A stretch of DNA of 51,923 nucleotides, filler included, from Dirinaria sp. TL-2023a (taxonomy: Eukaryota), in assembly GCA_051941275.1 (NCBI GenBank). It is 2 parts of 2 records of this genome, joined end to end, with 100 filler letters (N's around TTAATTAATTAA, not from the genome) between each part and the next. Parts side by side here need not be neighbours in the genome. Positions count along the whole stretch, not along the records: positions 1 to 25,943 come from JAVEBF010000167.1; 1 more part is not named here. One strand, given 5' to 3'. Below are positions 12,598-24,477 of the stretch, in pieces. Position 1 is the stretch's first letter, and each line of letters starts with the position of its first letter. A model generated the notes under the pieces. It saw only the letters and a list, made by a program, of their open reading frames with translations, searched no databases and was not told where the DNA came from. The position numbers and the translations under genes are program-made.

Positions 12598-13389
12598 TTA
12601 CTCACCAGAAGCAACTCCCATATACTGCTTAGCAACCCTCTCCAGAAACGCCACCATCTCCGGAGTCAGACTCAGATACGGACTATGACTCGCCTGAAAC
12701 TCCTCAACCGCAACCTCAACCCCAGCCTCCCTCACAGCACAAATCTGCCGATCCTGCCACTCAGGGAACAAAACGCGATCCTCGCTCATCCTCAAATACG
12801 TACTCGGAACCTCTCGCCACGCAGGATACGTGACCTGATCCGACATCGCAGCGCCCGCCTGCCGAACAAGCATGTCCTGCATCCTTTCCGCAACCTCAGG
12901 ATCCACATCAGCATAAAACAGCGCCACCGGCGGCTCGCGCAGGAACGTCGTCCCTGTGCGCTCATCGCGCTCCACGGGCTCGGGGACCGGTCGCGGAAGA
13001 CTCGCGCTACCGACGCTTTCGCCAACTTGCAGCATGAAGGCACACATGTAGATCAGGTGCACCACGCCGCCACCGCTCAGGTTTTGAGCCCCGCGCGAGG
13101 TTTTGGATAGGTCCCGCACGGCTTCGGACCCGGCGGCTCCGCCGTAGGAGTGCAGGAGCATGATCACGTCTCTGGATTTGGAGAGTAGAGGGAGGAGGTG
13201 AGAGCGGATTGTTTGGGCGTCGGTGGAGAGGGTTGCGGCTGGGTGGGTGCTTGGGGAGCAGGTCGGGAGGAGGGGGCATAGGACTTCGAAATTGGCACGG
13301 TGTAGTTGGGCGATGAAGGATTCGTAGTGAGATGGCGTGTGCCATGCGCCGTGGACTAGCATAATTGCGGGTTTGAGGTTCGATGCCAT
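12598..13389 (-). CDS. Alpha/beta hydrolase (Abhydrolase_6 / methylesterase-like), single exon
   Basis: LVHGAWH oxyanion motif, HSYGG nucleophile elbow, EDRV acid and ASHSPYLS catalytic His; 263-aa uninterrupted GC-rich ORF. Confidence 0.92.
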   Translation of the reverse strand: MASNLKPAIMLVHGAWHTPSHYESFIAQLHRANFEVLCPLLPTCSPSTHPAATLSTDAQTIRSHLLPLLSKSRDVIMLLHSYGGAAGSEAVRDLSKTSRGAQNLSGGGVVHLIYMCAFMLQVGESVGSASLPRPVPEPVERDERTGTTFLREPPVALFYADVDPEVAERMQDMLVRQAGAAMSDQVTYPAWREVPSTYLRMSEDRVLFPEWQDRQICAVREAGVEVAVEEFQASHSPYLSLTPEMVAFLERVAKQYMGVASGE

Positions 13390-13850
13390 GCTGAGAATTT
13401 CTTTTTGTGGATTGGTAATTTGGTAGCGTTAAATCAGTAGCCTGATCAGGATTCCATCTCAAGCCATGTACTCAAATCGCAAATATCCTCTCTAGCTAGC
13501 TCTTTGTCCCGCACATTTTTAAATGGTGAATTTCGTTCCAGAACACTGATGAATGTCGGGTCTTGGGAAAATTGCTCTCAGTGCTTATCAGCAATGTAAA
13601 GCATGTAACGTCCTACTGCCAATTCTCATATGAAACTCCTGCACGGATCTCAGCGGATGCAGCTACATAGAAAATAAGCTGTGCACATTTATGTTCCAGA
13701 AGCTGACATAAATGATGAACGAGGTTTTTTTCCGCGGGTGAAAGATGTTGTGCATCGATGGCGGTTGAGGTTCAATCCTTCAAGCCCACTGAACTACTGC
13801 GCCTCATGTCAGCTTCGGCCGGCTAGCGAGCCAAGGCTCAAGTAAGTATA

Positions 13851-14307
13851 GTACTAACGCAAAATCCTACGTCTAATCCCCCTTTTACATCAAAACCCAT
13901 CAACTTGGTAGACGACGCACAAAAATGTTCACAATTGACGAAGATTATTTCTCTTGAGAAAGTTGAAGAAGTTATCAGAAAACGTTGTTCTATCTATTCA
14001 GAATTTTTATTGTCATCTTTCGACGTTCTGAGCGTGCGCGAGAGTAAATGCATAATTGAACATGTTCGAATTTGTATGAGAAAGTTATAATTTTTACTTA
14101 CGATCGCGTGTATGAGAATGCTGTTCGAAACACAGTATCGTTTTTGAAAATCCGAGTTAGCGAAGGTTTGAATAGAGTGAATATCTGAAACTTTTTGAAA
14201 GTTTGAAAAAATAAGAAGAGTAAGGTATCTAAATTTTGTTTGTTAAATGCGCAGAAGGTGAGATTTGGTGCAACATAGAGCCTGGACGTGGACTAAGGCA
14301 GAGATAC
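13851..14307. mobile_element. Degenerate MITE-like element, family A copy 2 (inverted relative to copy 1)
   Basis: Reverse complement shares colinear blocks with 11628-12094, e.g. aaagtttcaga, tgtgttt.g.acagcat, tttctcatacaaat.cg, aaaat.ctgaat, atgtaaaa, gttagtac. Confidence 0.65.
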
Positions 14308-15577
14308 GTGGGCAGTCAAGGTCATTCGAAAACTACGCCTTACGTCAGCTTGGGCAGAGTATCGAGCCTGTCTGCCGCCCACGGCCAGCTGAAGCGCAAG
14401 TAAGTTTCAAGGGGAGACCGGGCCGGCGGCAAAGTACGGGCTACGGAGGACAACGCCATAAGGTACTGTACCCATCGTACATACCTTAAGTCACCGCTAG
14501 CGCAGCCAATGCCACTAGCGGGATCAACTGAAGGTCGCCCCGGGAACCACCCAATATGAATTGTGACCCGGACGCGCCAAATTCCTACCTAGGATGTAGT
14601 TTTTCTCTGCATGGCCTACTTGTAGTCAGCTGAACGACTTGGTCTTGGCGTACATGACGCTGGCCAGGCCTTTTGGTATCTTGGAACCTCCGTACTATAT
14701 TAGCGTTTCTGGAATTTGGGTCGTCTCTGGCAATTTGTTGGCCTTGGGGCCAAGTTGTCCAGAGTGATATCAAGGTCTTCGGCTTTTTCGAGAATGCCTT
14801 TTTTTTTTTGGTGAGAAATCCCATTGCGATTCTGGTTTTCTGACGCTGTGCGATTAAAACCCGCTTAGACCTAGGTTCACACACAATCCAGAAACAACGA
14901 TCTTCAAATTTTTCCTGGAACAACATAACATCTTTTGTCGCAGAGGTTGATAATTTGGTAAGCGATTGGGAAATCTAAACGCCGCCTAGGCTACTCAACC
15001 ACGCATTCAACGCGCTTCTGAGCCTTCTAGTGCACTTGCAGCATGCACTTATGGATGGATACAGATTATGTGCTCCCCCTCTAGATGGCGAGCATGTGTG
15101 GAGAGGGAATGCTCGCATCCGCGATTGGCGAAAAAGGTACGAGGAACTACTTGATCGACTCTGCTCTTCCTCGATCCAGACTTAGGGACGGTTAGCATGA
15201 CCCATTCAGAACAAGTCTCCGAGCTCCTCCCCCAATACAATAAAACACCCTGTAAGATTTCTGTAATGATCGCTGCTTCAAGCCAATCTAGAGCCAGGGA
15301 TCTGTTTCATGTACCGTACATGCATAATGTGTGATGGTGACTCCACAATAGCTAAAATTGGTAGCAGAACGGGCAACTTCGATTCCATGGCACAGGAGGG
15401 TCATGGCGCTAGCCCGGCTGGCTGATGTACCCCATGGATTCGAGGTTCGAATTCTAGGGTGACTTCTTTTGCGTAGCTCGAATGCTGATTATTGTTGACT
15501 TCGTATTCACATTTGTCCAAGCAAGAAGCCATTGATGGAATTACTCGTCCACCCAATAAATCAATTATGCTACCCTT

Positions 15578-16930
15578 ATGGCTCCCGCCTCTCACTCAGC
15601 AGCCGACCATAATCCATCGCCGACGGCCGAGGTGTTGGTCGGCTGGGTCCTTGAATCTTCGGGACGGGGCTCTCTGGGTCTTATTGTGACCTGCCTCTTT
15701 ACCATTTTCTTATGTACCTGGGTGGTGATACATGCGAGAGTCTACAGGCGCCCATCGCATCGCCTGTTACACAAGATGGCTTTGTTTATCAAAGCCATCA
15801 TTGCTCCTGAATTCATAGCCGTCGAAGGGCTGCAAGAATGGAGCCAGTCGCAAAGAATGGTGAAGGACTGCGCAGAATTAACAGGAGGACGTCTGAAGCT
15901 CATCCACGCTTATTACATTAGTATGCTCGCTCTCAGGTACCGCACGCCACACGGTTCACGAGTGATATGGCCGAATCAGTTTACCTGGATGTTACAGCAG
16001 GGCCTGGTCAAGTGGGACGATCACGCACAATGGGGCCTAGCTGAGGAGAATATACGCGACAAGAGTAATGCAGACGGCGCCACAAAGTTGCTGGCGCTCG
16101 CCCAAGTATCTTGGTTTGCTGCGCAAAGCGTAATGCGAAGTGTTCACAAGCTCCCTCTCGCTCAACTTGAATCTATGACTCTCAGCTACATCCCTTTATT
16201 CGCGATCACATATCTCTTCTGGTGGGTAAAGCCCAAAGATGTAAAGACTCCATCCGTCGTTGACCTTCCGGACATGCTTCCAGAGCAGAAGGCAATTTTC
16301 GATTCAATGGCTGTCAGCAATAATTTCGATGACGAGGGTCTGAAAAAGCAAGAGTCGCTATGGACAATCTGGGCCCTCACACCTCGAGTTTTCGAAAAAG
16401 AGGCCGCTGACAAGGAGTTTCTCGAAGCTCAGCAAAGACGAGACATGGCTTTCCATGATCTCAGACCAATCCTTGTGCGTCAGAACGAGTTCGGTGTGAG
16501 ACTCAAAGGTAGAAGCTCGGCTGTTATGGTGCATGATGGCAAAGACGTTCAAAAAGAGACAGTGGTAGCAAATTGGGATCCTGAATTGTACCATTCAAAG
16601 ACTCTATGGCCAATAACATGTCTTTTTGGAGCTTCTTTCGGCGCGCTCCATCTCATAGCTTGGTACACCCAATTTCCGACGTCTACTGAGCGGTGGTTGT
16701 GGCGTGGGGCGGCACTTGCATCGATTGCCTCTATGCTGGTATTCATGCAATTTAAAAGGGTCGTTGTCCGCTGGGGTGGACCACTGACTTTGATAAGTCT
16801 TGTTTCGCCAGTCGTGTATCTTCTCAGCCGCGTTGTCATGATAGGCGGTGTGATCGCGGCGTTCCGAGCTTCCGACCCTGCCATATATGATACTTATGTT
16901 GTGTCGACATATTGGGTCCACTTCTTGTGA
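15578..16930 (+). CDS. Uncharacterised fungal multi-pass membrane protein, single exon
   Basis: 450-aa ORF with VGWV..GRGSLGLIVTCLFTIFLCTW..H, IIAPE, IRDKSNADG..K..Q..WF, FGALHLIAW..FPT..E..LWR; hallmark motifs of a widespread unannotated fungal membrane family. Confidence 0.85.
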   Translation: MAPASHSAADHNPSPTAEVLVGWVLESSGRGSLGLIVTCLFTIFLCTWVVIHARVYRRPSHRLLHKMALFIKAIIAPEFIAVEGLQEWSQSQRMVKDCAELTGGRLKLIHAYYISMLALRYRTPHGSRVIWPNQFTWMLQQGLVKWDDHAQWGLAEENIRDKSNADGATKLLALAQVSWFAAQSVMRSVHKLPLAQLESMTLSYIPLFAITYLFWWVKPKDVKTPSVVDLPDMLPEQKAIFDSMAVSNNFDDEGLKKQESLWTIWALTPRVFEKEAADKEFLEAQQRRDMAFHDLRPILVRQNEFGVRLKGRSSAVMVHDGKDVQKETVVANWDPELYHSKTLWPITCLFGASFGALHLIAWYTQFPTSTERWLWRGAALASIASMLVFMQFKRVVVRWGGPLTLISLVSPVVYLLSRVVMIGGVIAAFRASDPAIYDTYVVSTYWVHFL

Positions 16931-17294
16931 GACTAAGTGAAAGTATTGTAATAAAAATATCATGTGTATATAGCGTACGGGCTTTACTTAGCGATATATC
17001 TAGAATCGTGCTGCGCTCCGGTAGAATCGAATGTGTGGTGCTTAAAATCTCGCCTAGCCACAGTCTTGGGATTTTGAATGATGGAGATTGTCGATCTCCT
17101 TTCCTGGCTGTTGGTCTCTGATGCCTTTCTGCGCAGTAGCACGACAAAGCAGAAAACAATGAGCGTACGAAGGAGTTCCATCTGGTTATTAATATTCAAA
17201 TCCATCTAGCCCAAAATTTCGCAAAAGAGGCTTCAAAAATTTGATCGACTCCACATTCATACAGGTTTCGAATCTTCCATATCTCTTGACTAGA

Positions 17295-18484
17295 TCATTC
17301 TAGCCGCGGATTTGCAGCTTCGAAGATGCGCATGACAGCCATTGTGACTACCGGGTTGCCCATGACAACATCATGTAATCCAGTTTTAAGTATCTCCTCC
17401 CTTATGATGCCGTTCTCTGTGCGCCACTCCACGACCGATCCCGCTGCACCTAAATTCGTCTTTAATTGAATTTTCAGCTCCTCGAGCTCGTTATAGTTGA
17501 TACCTCTAGGTGTAGTCGCATTAATAGCATGCCAAAAGACGAGCTCCGAGTGATGCCATGGAATGTCATAGTCATCCTCGGCATGGATAATAGTCAACCG
17601 ATATCTTTCCCCATTAGCTTCATTAGTGCGTATATATTCGGCAATACGGTCTTTGCTTGACCATTTGACACGTATAAAAGTGCTAAGGTGATTGAACAAA
17701 CGTGGGAACCTCGCAAGTGGTGATAGAAGAGGGATTGTGCCGCCGAGAGATACGTGGACACGAGCGTCGCGACGTCTAGAAAAGGTGCCACAAGGACAGT
17801 TCCAGCGAATATTACGGGCGGAGACTGCAAAGCAAAGTGCTCCGAGACAGCAAGGCTCACAGCCGTGCCGAGGGATTGGCCGAAGATTAGGATCCGGGAT
17901 GACGGAACGCCAGCGACATGTGTCGCCCAATCAACGACTGCAAGGGCGTCGAGGATGAGTCCACGCTCAGAAGGCGTGCCAGGGCTGCGTCCAAAGCCCC
18001 GATAATCGAAAGTCAGGACATGGATTTTATTGGGGTTCCCTGCGGACAATGCGCGATAGTTAGGAACTCTGTAGCCAGAGCCGACAGTACCTGCAGCTCC
18101 ATGGAAATGAATCACGAGCCGCGCTTCGGGGTCACCGCGCAGTAATGTGAAGGCGTAGCGCGATGTCATATCAGAGATAAAGCCGGAGGGCTCCGCAACG
18201 AGAGCCGATTCATGCTGGCGGTAGAGCTCGATGGGGAGAATGTGCCAGGCGAACAGTGCTCCACCAGCAGGACATTTGATTGAGAAAGGCGTGGCCTGGT
18301 TACGGAGAAAGCCGAATGATTCAGGAACCTCCAGATCTTTGAACCAGGTCATTTGGATTTTGTGAAGGTACACCGCATGCGCTTGAAAGAACGAGGTGGT
18401 AAGCAGCGCAAGGAGACCAGCATAGAGCCCCACTAACACCGCTGCTGAGACCGAAATATATTTCAACACGAGATAAGGCATCAT
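17295..18484 (-). pseudogene. ABHD12-like alpha/beta hydrolase interrupted by a 1-nt frameshift (pseudogene or sequencing error)
   Basis: Frame 1 carries HFHGAAG, FDYRGFG, GQSLGT up to VSTY. The natural continuation GGTIPLLSPL..IIHAEDDYDIPWHHS..GLHD is in another frame from about 17749, and no intron signals are present at the junction. Confidence 0.75.
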
Positions 18485-19397
18485 CAAGTCACGATGTGAT
18501 AGAAGCCGATAATGTAAGTTTAAGAATAAGAATGTGAGACTGAAACTGAATGTGGAGAAAAGATCGCAGTTGGTTAAATGCAGATTATTTCTTACGGCGG
18601 GACTGTAAGGTACCTGTTCTCCGAAATTAGATACTTCAGGTACCACCCCTTGAAAATAAGGTACATTATTCTCTGCCTTATGTATGGACTTACAGCTACG
18701 GTTGTTGATAAAGTCCTGGCTAGCGCGATCACTACCACTAGTGCGACCAACTGGAGGTCAACTAGAGGCCGCGCCGGGCTATTACCCAGACTCGCCGGAT
18801 ACCTGAGTCAATCTACCACCCGGATCGTACCTGTGTTCGCCTTAAACCATACATGTACTCACCCGAACAGCCTTGTTTTAGCGTACAGCGCGCTGAAATG
18901 GCTCTTAGCGCGGTTCTCTCCATCCGCACAGACTACCTTAAGGTATCTATCTACCTTAAGGTACCTTACATTGATGAACTTTATCTTACTCGGTCATCCT
19001 AGCGATCAGCAGGTTTCCCAATGTTTATAACCCTAAAAAAACCCTTACAAATACCTCCAAAACAAGGGCTAAGGGAGTCTATGCCTGATCCAGACTAGCT
19101 CTTCCCTTATTCACATCCTGCATACCTCCTCATTTCTCGATACTCTCCACTTCAAAACAGTAGATGTTATCAACACAAGTGGCATATCATAAGCCTGATT
19201 GGCGTACATGGATAATAAAATCAAGGGATTATCAGACGTGTTTTCGATGGCATTCTAGACCGGATGAGACTTCTACCAGAAGGAGCAGCTTTGAATGACA
19301 GCATATTACATTGAGGGCGCAGGATTTCTCAAAGATTTTGATATAGTCATCGGACCAATAATATCTCTGTAATGACGGAGATGAAATTCTGTCGTTC

Positions 19398-21738
19398 ATG
19401 GAGCGTCCCAAAAGCCGTCGAGGCTTCAGTTATACCCTCCGGGGATCCGGAGATACCGAAGAGCAAGAAAACCTTTTACCAGATGAGGAGCACATGAGCG
19501 ACCCTGCAAACGATATTCCCGTCCCACCCAACCCTCATGCACATCTACCAGTCTATACCACAATCCACCGGTATGTTCTGACACTGCTCGCCTAATTTTC
19601 AGCGAACTTTGAACTTACGCCATCTAGTTTGAGGCAGGATATCATTAGCGCCATTGGTTCGTGAATCCCTACCATTGCTGTGTACCCGTTGACAGTGCAA
19701 CAGATGATCCATATAGCTTCGAACAGCTAAGAAGCCCGCGCATGAATATTGCAGTCCTACGACCCATGGTGAATCGTCTTTATAACTTACATGACATCTC
19801 TATAGGTAAGCCTTAACCAATAGAGGAAAGTTATGCTGCATCTAAAATCAGCGGGAAGTGTACTGTCTACTCGTCAATAAAGTCCAATTCCAGCGTGAAC
19901 AGACTTATCATGCCCATCATCATACGGTTAACAATACCAGAGCTGCCTTCTGCGAAATCTTAGCCAATAGGGTCTTGCGCAGAATCGAAGAAGACAACCC
20001 TGGCCGGAAGGGCCTATTGCTTTTGGCAAATGTGCTCGTTGCAGGCTTCGAGCCGTTCCAGAATGCCCCACCAGAAGTCTTACAAGGTGTGAAGCCAGCA
20101 CGCGACTGGGTGAAGCGACGAAGAGACGACTATAAGAAGAAATCACCTGCTCTTGAAGTCGCCATTATCTCTGAGAGCAAGATACTTCTCAGCTCATCTG
20201 CATGTTCAAGAGTGGTGGACGCCATCTACACTGGCCGTTTGATCTACACTCCGTATTCTTTCCTCGATATTCTACCAGATCACTACAAACACAAGCCGAT
20301 CTCGCTCTACAACCCTGGAAAAGCGCCGCTCCTCAATCAGTATCGGCTCATAGTGCCCCGTATCAGCAACATTCTTGACACTGGCCAGTTTGTGGTGCTG
20401 CTTGTGCTATACATCCTTGTCATGGCCGATGAACGCTACACGACTTTCACCACCTACGAACTATGCTTTTGCGTGTATGCTTTGGGATGGTCCCTGCATG
20501 AATTTGCCACAATCTTAGAGCACGGGTGGCAAGTGTATACACAGAACCTTTGGTCATTCCTTGATGCAGGCTTCGCCATGATCTATGTCTTATATCTCTG
20601 TGTCCGAATGTATGGCTTCGTAGCTGGAGATATGAGGGTCAGTCGAACTGCCTTGGAAATACTAGCAACTGGCGCGCCTGTCTTGATACCTCGACTGGCG
20701 TTCAACCTGATGTCGGAAAACATGCTCTTTCTCTCGCTACGAGACATGATGGCAAATTTCACCGTCTTGTCCTTGCTAGCTATCTGGTGCTTTGCTGGGT
20801 TTCTACTTGCTATGGTTTGGTTAGGAGATGGGTCCCACCGTCCAATAACCGTCTCGAAGTGGATGCTGTATGTTTGGTTTGGTCTTGACGGGACTGGAAT
20901 ACAAAGGTCTTTGGACTTCCACTGGTTTCTCGGGCCAGTGCTCATGGTCATGTTCGCATTTCTCGGAAATACGCTGTTTCTCACTATCCTCGTTGCTATG
21001 CTTACCAATACGTTCTCCAGCATTGTCCAGAACGCTAATGCAGAAATCCAATTTCGGAGAGCTGTGTTGACCTTGGAAGGCGTCAAAAGCGATGCAATTT
21101 TCGCTTACCAACCACCACTCAATGTTCTGGCATTGCTGATATTGCTGCCTTTGAAATCATTCGTTTCACCACGTTGGTTTCACAAGGTCAACGTAACAGC
21201 TGTGCGGACGCTGAATGCGCCCATACTTCTCCTCGTTGGGTGGTATGATAGAAAATTCCTGTGGAAGCATGCAAAACCGAAAGTGTACGAGCAGAGCAAG
21301 TCTCGGAGCCGCTTACGCTTTTGGGATTTCTCTCGATTTTCTGTCCATGGAGATATCCAAGCCGTATTTGACTCCGAACCCCCTACTAGCATATTCGAAG
21401 AGGTTTCGGACGATGAAGAGGCGGGTGATGCTCACGCCACAGCTGAAAGCCCTTTCTCAACCCACGGCAGGCAGAATGGTCGTAGCTCGGGGAACCGAAA
21501 GATGTCACGGAAAGACTCAAGTGCATCCATGGTTGGGCTGACGGAGCATTTGTCCGATATATTGGGTGAGCACGGTGGTAGCTCCCTGAAAGTCCGGCTA
21601 GAGAAAGTGGAAGCATCGACGGACAGGATCGAGAATATGCTTAGGAAGCTGATCGATGAATGTAATGGAAACATTGGTGTAGGAGAGGCAGGCGGAGCAG
21701 ATGACGATGCAAATGAAGAGGTGATAGTTGAAGGTTAA
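19398..21738 (+). CDS. TRP-type (Yvc1-related) non-selective cation channel, 4 exons
   Basis: Introns 19571-19627, 19657-19703 and 19806-19858 give LPVYTTIHRLRQDIISAIDDPYSFEQLRSPRMN..VYCLLVNK..; ALEVAI, RLIVPR, six TM segments, GNTLFLTILVAMLTNTF (S6-like), C-terminal coiled coil. Confidence 0.85.
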
Positions 21739-22117
21739 GGTACGCTCCATGATAGATTAGTGGTATCAAACACCGTGTTGATGCATTAGCTGTCATATGT
21801 GAGCTGAATTGCATACCAAAGCGTCTATTCAGCCACGATGGTGACTGTATGAGGAGATCTACTAAATCTAAAGAAGCTTCTATCCATCATCCTCTCGGAC
21901 TTCCTGAATCTGTCCCATTCCCTGCTTAAAATTGTGCCTTCATGTTGTACTCCTCCGACTGGGCGGAATGCCGGCCCGTAGCGGCCGCCCTAATCAATCT
22001 TGTGCAAATATTACTTTAGCGGGTTCAATCGTTCTTAAATAAAGTACTTTGATTATTACATCTTATGACCGATCCCACCAAATTACCCTCTGGAAATAGT
22101 ACGAGTATGGTACAATA

Positions 22118-23364
22118 ATGCTAATCTCACTTACAGTCGGGAAGGTCGATGCTGGTGTGGCTGTGCTGCTAACAGAAGATAAAAGACTGGTAAATTCCTA
22201 GTTCTACTATGACTTTGATGTCTTGACTGAGAAATTCAACAGATCGAGTTCCCATCGATACTCCTCCCACCCTCGATCTCCTCCGGTAGCATTGTCGATA
22301 TCACTGTATCGCGCAATACTGCGTCCGAAGCGGCGGCGCAGAAAGCCTTCTCAAACCTCCAAACCTCCATCCTGAACACCTTTGGTGTTACTTCGCCATC
22401 TCAACCCGTCCTCCGCTGTCGCAATGCTACACAAACCTCTGTAGTCCTGGAATGGGATTCTATCGATCTCGCTACAGCGGATTTACGTTCCCTTAGCTTA
22501 TATCGTAATGGCAATAAAGCGGGCGCTATTCCACGCCCGATGGAAATTACAAGCACGAAAATCAGTGGCTTGGCCGTCGATACGGAGTACACCTTCTTCC
22601 TCGTACTGAAAACGTCGGCAGGCACCTACAGTAGTGAGAAGCTGGCGGTGAGGACGCACAAAATGACGGATCTATCAGGTATCACAGTCACGCCAGGGTT
22701 CTTACCCGCACCGTTGAGGGAGTCCTTGAGCGGCGCTGTCGATAGGATCGGAGCCAAGATCGCTGAAACTGTCCGGATCGACACGACACATTTCGTTTGT
22801 ACGGAGGGAAGAGGCAGGGAATGGGAAAAGGCCGTAGAAATGAATATTCCTGTGGTTAGGCCTGAATGGGTTGAAGGCTGCGAAAGAGAAGGTCGAATAG
22901 TTGGTGTCAGAGGATACTACCTCAATGCTGACCCAAGGTTGCGGCAAGTTGGGCAGGGCGTGGGTGTGCAAAGCCAGCAACAACAGCAGAGTCGGGTTTC
23001 GCGCACAGACAGCCAGTCCACGCTTCCGAATCGGTCACAGCAAGCTCCCCCATCCTCTACCACACTTGAAACTTCAAGATCAGCTCAGCAAGCCACAAGT
23101 CCTACCAGTGAGACTGGACCAGCTCCCACACCGCCAGCTAAAGATACGCCTGCTGCCGATAGACAATCACAGCCACAGCCCGATACACCATCAACAGTGC
23201 AGTCTGTTGACTCGGACCCAAGTCAGCACCCCAAAGTTTCGGTCACGTCGCCTTCAGAGCCAGATCATGATAGGCGCTCGCAGTCTGAAGAGCGTCAAGC
23301 CAGCAGCGAGGAAGGAGAAAGCTCGACACCTGCAGAGTCAAACTTTACCGAAGTATCGTTATAA
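22118..23364 (+). CDS. CHS5: Chitin biosynthesis protein Chs5 (exomer subunit; FN3 + BRCT), 2 exons
   Basis: MLISLTVGKVDAGVAVLLTEDKRL | IEFPSILLP (intron 22190-22242); TKISGLAVDTEY, THKMTDLSGITV, IDTTHFVCT, IPVVRPEW. Confidence 0.96.
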
Positions 23365-24477
23365 GACAAAATTTAATTACCAGACTTGGCAATTCCAAAT
23401 GTTCATGATGGAAACCGATCTGACCGGCTTATCCGGCAGGGTTGAAGACTTGTATTTCTACGCATTTCAGAAGAAGATACCCTTACGCGCGCTCTTACAA
23501 GGCTGTCGATGTTCAATTCAGAGAGCCAGATTAGCATCCAGATAGATTAAGCATGCAGTTAGATGGGTTGACGCTCGATTTAATTCTAATTACAGGCTCA
23601 AAGTCCGTTCTCGGAGCATGGTTTCCCTGAGACCCTACTATCTCTCGTTTCACCTGGTGCGCATGCTGCATTGAAGGTTCAGTTCTGACCTCGATCTTTT
23701 GTGCTCGTTAGAGAATAGATTCAAATATTACGTACTTTACAGGCTGATTTCATCTTCCTCTTTTGACCATGCATAACTGCATACATCAAAGATGCCCTAC
23801 TGCTACCTGTAGATGGAGGAGAACAAGAATATATAGCTTATTACTCCCACAACGTTACCTTCCTTCTCGGTTTTGACGATCCATACCCATACAAGACAAC
23901 CAGGATTGAGTTACCAATTAATGGGCAGAAGCCACGTATTCTACAGTTCGAAAGTATTCCCAAGTCCTTCAATCATTATCTTCTTTATTGGGAGTCGATT
24001 ATTGCAAATTTCTTGTAATTGGGAGTAGCTTGACAGGTAGTGGTAATGGTACAGAATGTGAATCATTCATGACTGAGCTACGTTGAAACTGCACCACTGC
24101 CCGCACGATCAGCAATTCACAAACCGATCGTGATGAGAGATTGTACCCTCAATTCGATGTCAATTTCCATCAGGAAGAGTCAGGCCAACTTCGTAGTAGT
24201 TTTGGAGCTTGCTTTGAGAGAGTCGAGTCTTATAACGTGACGCACTCGTACACCGGCAAACGGCCTGATTGGTTTCCGTACTCATACCCCACCGTTCGAA
24301 GCAGAACCCAGGGTTAGGGTTGAAATCGCTGTAAATGACCAACGGAATCCATTTCCCGCCACCGAAATCTCTCCCACTAGCTGAATTTTTCTAAACCTTC
24401 CTTTCGCGATACAGCGTCAGCTCAGTATCGAAACATAATCGCGAAATCCCAGTCATAAACGGTTCCGATTTCGAATC

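Noticed and set aside
206..13389. Terpene synthase, hydrolases and MFS transporter as one biosynthetic cluster
   Set aside because: No oxidative tailoring enzymes or pathway regulator, and unrelated genes intervene.
12685..13462. Overlapping alternative-frame and antisense ORFs on the hydrolase (and similar shadow ORFs across the window)
   Set aside because: Explained by GC-rich codon usage of the real genes; no independent motifs.
15403..15465. tRNA-like A-box (tagcccggctgg) and B-box (ggttcgaattc)
   Set aside because: Acceptor and anticodon stems do not pair and the T-stem is only partial; at most an isolated B-box or relic.
24305..24322. Telomere-like gggttagggtt (similar words near 9224 and 19030)
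   Set aside because: Fewer than two full repeats; expected by chance or as a short promoter word.
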